32,000 nucleotides of DNA from Erysipelothrix larvae (GTDB lineage Bacteria; Bacillota_I; Bacilli_A; Erysipelotrichales; Erysipelotrichaceae). The notes below the pieces were generated by a model. That model saw only the letters and a list, made by a program, of their open reading frames with translations. It did no database searches and was not told the origin of the DNA. Position numbers and translations under genes: made by a program. The stretch's first letter is position 1; every line of letters begins with the position of its first letter. The stretch lies in the NCBI RefSeq assembly GCF_001545095.1, contig NZ_CP013213.1, positions 1,200,001-1,232,000 of the forward strand, written 5' to 3'. Shown piece after piece: positions 7,757 to 15,243 of the stretch.

Positions 7757-8581
7757 ATGAAAATAAAAGAATTAATCCATGAAATATTTGATGAATATCC
7801 AACAACTGTAACATTAATCCCTACAGGACTCACAAACAATAACTATAAAGTGTGCCTTCAGGATAAGACAGTTGTTTTAAGGGTACCTAAACCAGACAAC
7901 GCATCACTATTCGATTACGCGCACGAAGAAAAAGTACTTAGCCTTATTCAACCTCTAGATCTTGATACCCCACTGGTCTATTATAACAAACAAACGGGCG
8001 TTAAGTGCAGTACTTATATACCAAATGCCCAAACTTTTCGAGAAAATTTCACAAAGCGGGCCACTTTGTTGATTAAGAAACTCCATTCGCTCAATAAACA
8101 AAGTGGGAAAACTTTCCAAATCCGAGATATGATTAACCTCTATAAAAGCCAATGTACACATCCTATGTATGATCTTTCAATGTATGATACCTATGTTGAC
8201 ACCCTTAAACAAGAAAACTTAACCCTTTGTCATAATGATTGTGTTGAAGGCAACTTTTTATTTACAGATACAAAGGATTATCTCATTGACTTTGAATATG
8301 CAATGGACAACGATCCACTTTTTGATATTATGTCATTTATTACCGAAAACGATATTCAAGATCCTTCTCTTCGTAACCTTATTTATGAGACTTATTTTGA
8401 CGAACCCATTTCACTTGAACTTCGACACAAACTTAATCATTTTGAAATCGTTCACCATATCCTGTGGTGCACATGGGCCATGATGATGTGTGAGAAAGAT
8501 GACAACGATATTTTCTTGACAATTCGAGACTTAAAGTACAAACGTCTATTAGAAGCTGTTGAAAGAGATCGCACTTTATGA
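7757..8581 (+). CDS. Choline/ethanolamine kinase-like phosphotransferase (APH/ChoK superfamily)
   Basis: ORF 7757..8581. Catalytic-loop pattern ..LCHNDCVEGNFLF.. followed by ..LIDFEYAMDNDPLFD.. as in LicA/choline kinases. The substrate cannot be inferred. Confidence 0.8.
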   Translation: MKIKELIHEIFDEYPTTVTLIPTGLTNNNYKVCLQDKTVVLRVPKPDNASLFDYAHEEKVLSLIQPLDLDTPLVYYNKQTGVKCSTYIPNAQTFRENFTKRATLLIKKLHSLNKQSGKTFQIRDMINLYKSQCTHPMYDLSMYDTYVDTLKQENLTLCHNDCVEGNFLFTDTKDYLIDFEYAMDNDPLFDIMSFITENDIQDPSLRNLIYETYFDEPISLELRHKLNHFEIVHHILWCTWAMMMCEKDDNDIFLTIRDLKYKRLLEAVERDRTL

Positions 8582-9474
8582 ATAACTATCATGTAACTCG
8601 CGCATTTGACGGCATGCGCCTTGATGCATTTTGTACTGAGCACTCCCCTTTATCACGATCAAAGATCACAGAAATGATTCAATCACATTTAATTTTACTG
8701 AATGATAAACCAACAAAACCAAAGTCTAAAGTTAAATTGGGTGATATCATTACAATCCATGACTATATCCCTAAGGAAACACGCATTAAATCAGTCTCGA
8801 TGGATTTAGATATAATTTATGAGGATCATCATTTACTCGTTGTAAATAAACCACGTGGCTTGATGGTTCATCCTGCTAAAGGCGTACCTACGTTAACATT
8901 ACTCAATGGTTTAGTCTACCATTTCAATCAACAAGGGTTATACCATACACCAGGTATTGTCCATCGTATCGACAAAGACACTGAAGGACTTTTAGTTATC
9001 GCAAAAGATTCAATTACACATAATGCACTCGCATCACAATTGCTCGATAAGACGTTGAATCGCCACTACATTGCAGTGTGTCATAACCAAGCATCATTTG
9101 ATGAAACTGACGTTAATGAACCCATTGGTGTCAATCCCATAGATCCAACAAAAATGGCAATTCACGGACTTCAATCAAAACATGCACTCACACATTTTAA
9201 GCTTATTGAAAATCATCCGACATACTGTGTATTAGAATGTATATTAGAAACAGGAAGAACCCATCAAATTCGCGTACATGCATCATTTATCAATCATCCA
9301 CTTGTTGGTGATAAAGTTTATGGCCCCGACAAACAAGCAAGTGGACAAGCCTTATGTGCTTATAAGATTGCTTTCATACATCCTATTTCAAAAAAACCGC
9401 TTGAGTTTTCAATATCTACAAAAAATACACTTCAATACGCTCTAGACATCATAGATCAACCATCAAAAAACTGA
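8578..9474 (+). CDS. rluD: RluA-family 23S rRNA pseudouridine synthase (RluD-like, with N-terminal S4 domain)
   Basis: ORF 8578..9474. Contains ..YEDHHLLVVNKPRGLMVHP.., ..GIVHRIDKDTEGLLV.. and ..GRTHQIRVH.. motifs. ATGA overlap with the kinase stop. Confidence 0.9.
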   Translation: MNNYHVTRAFDGMRLDAFCTEHSPLSRSKITEMIQSHLILLNDKPTKPKSKVKLGDIITIHDYIPKETRIKSVSMDLDIIYEDHHLLVVNKPRGLMVHPAKGVPTLTLLNGLVYHFNQQGLYHTPGIVHRIDKDTEGLLVIAKDSITHNALASQLLDKTLNRHYIAVCHNQASFDETDVNEPIGVNPIDPTKMAIHGLQSKHALTHFKLIENHPTYCVLECILETGRTHQIRVHASFINHPLVGDKVYGPDKQASGQALCAYKIAFIHPISKKPLEFSISTKNTLQYALDIIDQPSKN

Positions 9475-9556
9475 ACACGATTCAACAATGATTGTTATTT
9501 CACACTCAATTAAATGTGACACAATCAAACCGTTGGTTCTGTTCAGTTTTCTTTTT

Positions 9557-10237
9557 CTATATGATCAGCAATACGTTTGATATGATAATGACAAGTAGCA
9601 TCGCTGGTAAGAAATTCGCAATATCCAAATCAATCAATTTCATCATTTTAAAGCCAATCGCAATTGTAAAAACACCACCTACTGCCACAAAATTACTCAT
9701 GACAACCCCTTGTAAAGCGGGTTCAATGGTAAGTGATAACACTTTAATGAGTGTTAGAATAATTATTTGGAAGACACTGATAAAACCAATCGCATATCCT
9801 GCAATTGAAGCAAAGATAATTGCGGTAAAAAAATCTAAAATTGATTTTGATAATAGAATAGTGGAGTCACCAGTCAACCCTTCCAAAAACGCTCCTAAAA
9901 ATCCTGTGCCACTAAAGCAAAAAGTTACAAAACCAACGGTTAGCAGCTCCATTCCAACCTTTGATTTTAAATTAAAACGTTTCGCAAGCTTTGAGCACAA
10001 TGCATTAATTAATGCGCCAAGGCGTAACATTTCACCAATAATATATCCAGTAATAATGGATAAAACAACAACTGTGAGATTATCCATGAGGATTACTTTT
10101 GTAACGCCCATTACAATTGAACATAAGCCGAATACAACCGGCAAACTATCTTTAAGTTTACGACTGATACCGTCTTTAAAACGTGCACCACATAAGCCAC
10201 CGATTAGCACCGATAAGCTGTTAACAATAATTCCCAT
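9557..10237 (-). CDS. DUF554 family membrane protein (YqgA/YdfK-like)
   Basis: ORF 9557..10237. MGIIVNSLSVLIGGLCGARFK.. is the typical DUF554 N-terminus. SD AAGGAGAA. The 252-aa plus-strand ORF opposite it is a shadow. Confidence 0.8.
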   Translation of the reverse strand: MGIIVNSLSVLIGGLCGARFKDGISRKLKDSLPVVFGLCSIVMGVTKVILMDNLTVVVLSIITGYIIGEMLRLGALINALCSKLAKRFNLKSKVGMELLTVGFVTFCFSGTGFLGAFLEGLTGDSTILLSKSILDFFTAIIFASIAGYAIGFISVFQIIILTLIKVLSLTIEPALQGVVMSNFVAVGGVFTIAIGFKMMKLIDLDIANFLPAMLLVIIISNVLLII

Positions 10238-10251
10238 AATTTCTCCTTAAA

Positions 10252-10279
10252 CGTGATAAAGCGAACATCAAATGTTCGC
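10252..10279 (-). terminator. Hairpin / probable intrinsic terminator or attenuator between chbG and the DUF554 gene
   Basis: The minus strand reads GCGAACAT-TTG-ATGTTCGC (8 bp) followed by TTTATCACGTTT. It starts 1 nt after the chbG stop and ends a few nt before the DUF554 SD. Confidence 0.5.
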
Positions 10280-11017
10280 CTAATCAAAGATTACATCATC
10301 CCATTTTCCAAGGTCATACCCCGCTTGGTGATATGCTTCTTTAAACGCACTACTGTTTACCACTTCATAATCAACAACACGTTGATCTGTTAAACTAGTT
10401 AATGCTTCAAGTGCTTCATCAACATAACCAATATGACATGGCAATTCAATAATATCATCTGTTAACATTGACAAAAAGTCATAGTGATCAATCTCAAGAT
10501 AATTTTTAAGACTTTTCACCGGTTTAAATGGATAGTTTTGTTTAAAGCATTCACACCGCATTGGTTTGTTATATGATAGGATTTTCTCATACAGCATAGG
10601 ATATATACCATAGAAATCAATCATATGATGATAATTGATATGTACCGGATCCATCTTAGTTAAGTGTTTGAATTGTTCAATTTGTGCTACAAACTCAGTA
10701 ATTAACTCGTGTTCATTTACTGTATGATTAAGCCACCATTTAGAAGAATGGAATATACCATTTTCGTCAACAAGTGAAGGGATTTTCTCAATGGGTGAAA
10801 TTGGGGTTCCCAGGGTAACGTTGATGTGAACCCCTACTTCATTTAATCCAAATTGATTCATCAGTGATACTGCATGCTGTGTTTTATCAACATTAACCAT
10901 CAAACTGCATGACGATATTGAATTATTTTGAAACGAACTCAATATGGCTTCATTAATCCCTTCTGTGAGTCCGAAATCATCGGAATTTATAATCATTTTT
11001 TTTTGCATACAACACAT
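10280..11017 (-). CDS. chbG: ChbG/YdjC family carbohydrate (chitooligosaccharide) deacetylase
   Basis: ORF 10280..11017. ..MIINSDDFGLTEGINEAI..SSCSLMVN.. is the YdjC signature. The start is ambiguous (ATG at 11017, 11008 or 10996). Confidence 0.8.
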   Translation of the reverse strand: MCCMQKKMIINSDDFGLTEGINEAILSSFQNNSISSCSLMVNVDKTQHAVSLMNQFGLNEVGVHINVTLGTPISPIEKIPSLVDENGIFHSSKWWLNHTVNEHELITEFVAQIEQFKHLTKMDPVHINYHHMIDFYGIYPMLYEKILSYNKPMRCECFKQNYPFKPVKSLKNYLEIDHYDFLSMLTDDIIELPCHIGYVDEALEALTSLTDQRVVDYEVVNSSAFKEAYHQAGYDLGKWDDVIFD

Positions 11018-11037
11018 CCATTCTAAAAGGCATCAAT

Positions 11038-12282
11038 TTATTCTTGATCATTGCTCTCTTTTGCAAGTAATGTTTTATCATACATTTTGTAGAATGGTAA
11101 GAACATACATACTGCTAGTGGAATCGCAAGCGCTTGCCATATAGCTACCATCCAATTTCCTTGAACAAGTCCATATAAAATTACAGGAACCTGCATTGAT
11201 ACTTGAGCACCAGATAATGGTGTAACAATACCACTTACAAATCCAAAATAGAAGAATAAGTTTGTTACTACAGGAACTAGAATTACAGTTGGGATAAACA
11301 TATATGGATTCAATACATTTGGTACTCCAAATACAATGGGTTCACCAATGTTGAATAGTGCTGCTGGGGTTGCGATTTTCCCGATTTGTTTTAATTGCTT
11401 TGATTTGCAGAAGAATATCATTACAATACAACAAGCCAATGTCGATTGACCAACAACAGTCATAAGAGACATACCAATAGGATTGGTGGTTTCACCAGCT
11501 AAACGAGCCATATCAATTCCTAAGAATATCGGCATCATAACTGACATAACAACATTAAATCCATGGATTCCAAACCACCATAGTAATTGAATCAACACTG
11601 TTGCAATTAAATAACCCCATAGTGATCCTCCTAATGCATACAATGGTGTTTGTAGCATTTGAAATACAAACTCATGCACATTTCCATACGATGTTAAGCT
11701 AAAAATATAAGTAATAGCTGTAAATAGCACTACAGATACAAAGCCTGGTACAAGCGATGTAAATGATTGAGTTACAAAAGGCGGAACGCCTTCTGGCATC
11801 TTAATGGTCCAGCCGTTTTTTATAATAAACACTGATATTTTTGCAACAATAATTGCAGTGATTAAAGCCACAAAGATTCCTTTAGATGAAAGCCAGTCAA
11901 ATTGATAGCTCATAATTCCTTCTTCACTTGTGACAAATGGTGTAATGACTAAAAACGAAATCAATGCGATTACAGCAATTGAAAACCCTTCTCCTGAATC
12001 TTCACTATAAGCATATGCAATTGAGAATACTGTGTACAAAGCAAGAAGTCCAATTGACACATTATAAGCAATTAAAACATAAGCAGCTAACCCTGAACTT
12101 GCTAACCAATTTGTCCATGCAGGAATTGGAAAGTTTGCAATCAGGTAAAACATTGATCCAATCATTGTAACAGGCAGTATTCTCATAAATCCCCGTGAGA
12201 CTGCTTGTAAACTTTTATTACCTGCTATTTTCTCAGAAATAGGTAATAAAGTATTTTCTAACATTTGTGTTATTTTTTCCAT
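11038..12282 (-). CDS. PTS lactose/cellobiose-family EIIC permease
   Basis: ORF 11038..12282, 414 aa. N-terminus ..LLPISEKIAGNKSLQAVSRGFMRILPVTMIGS.. and about 10 TM segments, typical of CelB/ChbC EIIC. No EIIB or EIIA gene in the window. Confidence 0.9.
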   Translation of the reverse strand: MEKITQMLENTLLPISEKIAGNKSLQAVSRGFMRILPVTMIGSMFYLIANFPIPAWTNWLASSGLAAYVLIAYNVSIGLLALYTVFSIAYAYSEDSGEGFSIAVIALISFLVITPFVTSEEGIMSYQFDWLSSKGIFVALITAIIVAKISVFIIKNGWTIKMPEGVPPFVTQSFTSLVPGFVSVVLFTAITYIFSLTSYGNVHEFVFQMLQTPLYALGGSLWGYLIATVLIQLLWWFGIHGFNVVMSVMMPIFLGIDMARLAGETTNPIGMSLMTVVGQSTLACCIVMIFFCKSKQLKQIGKIATPAALFNIGEPIVFGVPNVLNPYMFIPTVILVPVVTNLFFYFGFVSGIVTPLSGAQVSMQVPVILYGLVQGNWMVAIWQALAIPLAVCMFLPFYKMYDKTLLAKESNDQE

Positions 12283-12309
12283 TATGGTATGCTTCTCCTT
12301 TTTTATACA

Positions 12310-13179
12310 TTAACGGTTAAAACAGCGTGCAATAAAATCATAAACCACTTCTAAATTATCAGGCTGTTCAAAGGCTATATCTCCATGATTTGCGTTTTCA
12401 AGTACCTGATATGTAATATGTCCTTGGGCAAATCCAAACGTATCTGTTGCTTTTACAAATCGCTCGGACTGCTTGTATGGAACAACACGATCTACTGATC
12501 CGTGTTGGATTAACATTGGTGGTAATGATTCGTTGATATAATTTATAGGATTTGATCTTGCTAATTTATCAGTACTTTTAAGAACTGGCTCGCCAAGAAA
12601 CAAAGATTCTGGTGAATTATCAGCACTATGGTCCGGACTTTTTTCTAAGAGTCCTAACTCTTTCAGATCGTGATCCATTAACTCAAATGAAATTGGTGGA
12701 AACCATGATACAATCCCCGATATTGATGGTCGTGTACTTGAAGAAAACGATTCATCAAAATATGGATCATCAGTTATGCATCCACTCATTAATGAGAAAT
12801 AGCCTCCTGCTGAACCACCCCAAACTACAATATTAGTCGGGTCAAAGTTATAATTATGTGCATTGTCATGAATAAAACGTAATGCCTGTTTTATATCTTT
12901 AAGCGGTTCTGGAAATTGGGCTTCACCACTTAGCCGATAATTCACACCAACTACTGCATATCCAAGATCTAATCCAAGTAGCATCGGTTCTATCATCTCT
13001 TTGTCTCGCTTGTCACATTTTTTAAATGCGCCACCATGAATCGATACAATAACAGGATATGGTTTATCATGTGATTGTGGTAGGTAAATATCAAGAAGAC
13101 AGGTTGGTGATGCCGTACTGTATTGGACATCAAACTTTCCGGTGTATGCGTTTACATCTAAACGATCTAATTTCCCCAT
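12310..13179 (-). CDS. Alpha/beta hydrolase fold-3 esterase (carboxylesterase/deacetylase-like)
   Basis: ORF 12310..13224 trimmed to ATG 13179..13177, preceded by AAAGGAGGAG. Contains ..VIVSIHGGAF.. (oxyanion HGG) and ..VVWGGSAGG.. (GxSxG). The track start at 13224 lies upstream of the predicted promoter -10. Confidence 0.85.
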   Translation of the reverse strand: MGKLDRLDVNAYTGKFDVQYSTASPTCLLDIYLPQSHDKPYPVIVSIHGGAFKKCDKRDKEMIEPMLLGLDLGYAVVGVNYRLSGEAQFPEPLKDIKQALRFIHDNAHNYNFDPTNIVVWGGSAGGYFSLMSGCITDDPYFDESFSSSTRPSISGIVSWFPPISFELMDHDLKELGLLEKSPDHSADNSPESLFLGEPVLKSTDKLARSNPINYINESLPPMLIQHGSVDRVVPYKQSERFVKATDTFGFAQGHITYQVLENANHGDIAFEQPDNLEVVYDFIARCFNR

Positions 13180-13202
13180 TTTTGCTCCTCCTTTATAAAC
13201 TG

Positions 13203-13231
13203 ATTGTAACGGAACATATTCCAATTGTCAA
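13203..13231 (-). promoter_or_regulatory. sigmaA-type promoter of the esterase-EIIC-chbG operon (TTGACA-N17-TACAAT)
   Basis: -35 TTGACA at 13231..13226, a 17-nt spacer, and -10 TACAAT at 13208..13203. About 25 nt upstream of the SD. Confidence 0.6.
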
Positions 13232-13255
13232 CAATAAAAACGGAATTCATTCCAT
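13208..13255. promoter_or_regulatory. Two copies of a 17-nt operator-like motif (AACGGAAnnnATTCCAw) at the esterase-EIIC promoter
   Basis: Plus strand: 13208-13224 AACGGAACATATTCCAA and 13239-13255 AACGGAATTCATTCCAT (13/17 identical). Each holds an internal GGAA..TTCC palindrome. The starts are 31 nt apart. One copy fills the -35/-10 spacer and the other sits just upstream of the -35. Confidence 0.4.
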
Positions 13256-13261
13256 TGTTCA

Positions 13262-13304
13262 TTAAAATAAAAGCTTATTATCACGTTTAATATGAATAAT
13301 AAGC
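13262..13304 (-). terminator. Intrinsic terminator after the RpiR gene
   Basis: The minus strand reads GCTTATTAT-(14 nt)-ATAATAAGC (9 bp) followed by TTTTATTTT. Confidence 0.7.
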
Positions 13305-13311
13305 CTATTTA

Positions 13312-14076
13312 TTAGCTTAAATATGACAGCAATACTTGTACAAACACAGAATAAATTGGAACGTTTTCCAAAAGTGAACTTTCATTTCCAGATGCGACGG
13401 ATGGTAAGGTGATCGCTAAATCTACTTTTTGTTTGATACTCGTTTGTGAATTCATTGTAATGAGTATTATTGGGGTTTTACACCCTTCAGCAAGACGCAT
13501 TGTTTCTTTTATAATGTTTGATTCAGGGTTTGCATTTGCAGAGATTAGTAAAATAACATCGGAATCATTTGTAGACAAATCAATTGAAACTACTTCAGAA
13601 GCAGCTGTTAAGACATCAACATTATAGCCATACATTGCAAGAGCATAGCGTAACTGATAACAAGTAACAGATGAGTTGATTTCCCCAATACAACGTATAA
13701 TCCGCGCACTTTTTATAAACTCGACAATTTGTCTCATGTCGTTATCATCAAGCCACATATGAAACTGGCTAATCGTGTCAATATATCGCTGACTTACGTT
13801 TGTGATGAGACGATTTTTTTCATCATTCTTTTCTTCAATATTCTTTAGTGAGTTTACATATTTGATGCACTCAAAACGAAACTCAGTATACCCACTGTAA
13901 CCAATTTTCTGGCAAAAACGTAAAATTGTAGTTTTAGAAACATTAATCTCTTCAGACATTTTTGTAAGAGAGAGTCTTTGAACGCGCATTAGATTATCTA
14001 GGATTCGTTCACAAGCTTTCATTTCATTTTTAGTAAAACTACTTTTTTTATTTTCAATGTTGGAGATAAATGTCAT
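13312..14076 (-). CDS. RpiR/MurR family transcriptional regulator (N-terminal HTH_6, C-terminal SIS domain)
   Basis: ORF 13312..14076. Contains ..LSLTKMSEEINVSKTTILRFCQKIGYSGYTEFRF.. (RpiR HTH) and a SIS-like C-terminal half. SD AAAGGAG. Confidence 0.9.
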   Translation of the reverse strand: MTFISNIENKKSSFTKNEMKACERILDNLMRVQRLSLTKMSEEINVSKTTILRFCQKIGYSGYTEFRFECIKYVNSLKNIEEKNDEKNRLITNVSQRYIDTISQFHMWLDDNDMRQIVEFIKSARIIRCIGEINSSVTCYQLRYALAMYGYNVDVLTAASEVVSIDLSTNDSDVILLISANANPESNIIKETMRLAEGCKTPIILITMNSQTSIKQKVDLAITLPSVASGNESSLLENVPIYSVFVQVLLSYLS

Positions 14077-14103
14077 GATGGCTCCTTTTGTTCTTTAGCT
14101 ATT

Positions 14104-14132
14104 ATTATAGCGTTTAAGACTATAAATCACAA
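14104..14132 (-). promoter_or_regulatory. sigmaA-type promoter in front of the RpiR gene (TTGTGA-N17-TATAAT)
   Basis: -35 at 14132..14127, a 17-nt spacer, and -10 TATAAT at 14109..14104, in the 82-nt gap after the MBL gene. Confidence 0.55.
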
Positions 14133-14158
14133 TCACGAAAACTGAAGTTCTATTGTTT

Positions 14159-14872
14159 TTATACTTCACGTACTTTACTTTTTGCACGTACTAATACCCT
14201 TTCAAGTTGTGGTTTTGGATTTTCAAGTACATCTCCATGACCACAGCATAAATAGTCAAAGTCATAGTTTAGTATTTTTTCTACAGTTTCAATACATTTT
14301 GATAATGACCAGGTTCCCATCGTAACAAACGGGAAAAGCCAACGTGTATCTCCAGCAACAGACAATCCGCCTTGAACTTGTACCAAATCACCGACAATAA
14401 GTACTTTATTTGATCGATCTAATAACGACAACGAACCGGGAGTATGACCCGGTGTCATAATTACTTCGAGTGAACCGATTTTATCACCCTCACTTACAAA
14501 ATGATTGGGTTTATGACTGGTTTTTACACTGCTTCCTTTTATCTTTGGGCCTGTTTCATTATCAAGTAAATCAAAGCACCCCTCTAGAAGATAATTATCG
14601 CGTTTGGTTATGAATGTATCGATTGGGTTTTGATTTGATGAACAAAAATAATCCAACCCAGCCACATGATCACGATGAGGATGTGTTAACACAAGTCGAG
14701 TTACCGGTTTGTTCAAATTTTTACTGAGTGACAAAACATGCTTGGTAAATCTTTTTGTCCCAATATCAATCAGTGTTAAGCTATCTTCTTCTTCATATAC
14801 ATAACAATTAATTGGAAAAAGATGGTTCATAAACGTAATCTGATAAAATGATGATTTTTTCAAAACTCTCAT
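14159..14872 (-). CDS. MBL-fold metallo-hydrolase
   Basis: ORF 14159..14872. Contains ..LVLTHPHRDHVAGL.. (HxHxDH), ..TPGHTPGS.. and ..CCGHGD.. SD TAAGGAGG. Confidence 0.85.
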   Translation of the reverse strand: MRVLKKSSFYQITFMNHLFPINCYVYEEEDSLTLIDIGTKRFTKHVLSLSKNLNKPVTRLVLTHPHRDHVAGLDYFCSSNQNPIDTFITKRDNYLLEGCFDLLDNETGPKIKGSSVKTSHKPNHFVSEGDKIGSLEVIMTPGHTPGSLSLLDRSNKVLIVGDLVQVQGGLSVAGDTRWLFPFVTMGTWSLSKCIETVEKILNYDFDYLCCGHGDVLENPKPQLERVLVRAKSKVREV

Positions 14873-14895
14873 AATTCCCCGCCTCCTTACATCCT

Positions 14896-14924
14896 ATTCT
14901 ACGGGTAGCGACTCGTATTGTCAA
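14896..14924 (-). promoter_or_regulatory. sigmaA-type promoter of the MBL hydrolase gene (TTGACA-N17-TAGAAT)
   Basis: -35 TTGACA at 14924..14919, a 17-nt spacer, and -10 TAGAAT at 14901..14896, immediately upstream of the SD. Confidence 0.55.
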
Positions 14925-15087
14925 AGAAATGAGAAATCATTCATTTTTGATGTGAATTTCACAAGAAAATTAGTGGGATTATTTCATCGTCATGATGGGT
15001 TTCGTGATTTATTTTGTGAATAATAACAGGATTACCTAAATTATCGAATTATGGAAAAATTTTATAGGAATTCTAGGTAATTTAGGA

Positions 15088-15116
15088 TTGTAAAAAAGGG
15101 AGTCAGCTTATATAAT
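15088..15116 (+). promoter_or_regulatory. Candidate sigmaA promoter of the riboswitch-ABC-deaminase operon (TTGTAA-N17-TATAAT)
   Basis: -35 at 15088-15093, a 17-nt spacer, and -10 TATAAT at 15111-15116. This gives a ~250-nt leader. A weaker alternative is TTGACA 15173-15178, N18, TG-extended GTAAAT 15197-15202. Confidence 0.5.
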
Positions 15117-15243
15117 TGAACAGTTACACGACGTCTAGGGGCGAAACGTGATGTAACCGAACCAATATCGATTTGACAAATTATCCGCTACTATGGGTAA
15201 ATGTGTCATTTGGATATTAATTTTACGATTAATAGATTATTGA

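Noticed and set aside
9492-10250. 252-aa plus-strand ORF
   Set aside because: It lies exactly antisense to the DUF554 membrane gene. It has no SD, an odd low-complexity composition, and no recognisable motif. I treat it as a shadow ORF of a codon-biased AT-rich gene.
14951-14963. TGTGAATTTCACA as a CcpA cre site or a CRP/FNR-type site
   Set aside because: cre is a 14-mer with a central CG (TGWAANCGNTNWCA). CRP/FNR half-sites are spaced by 6 nt, and here the spacer is 3 nt. It fits neither, so I keep it only as an unassigned dyad.
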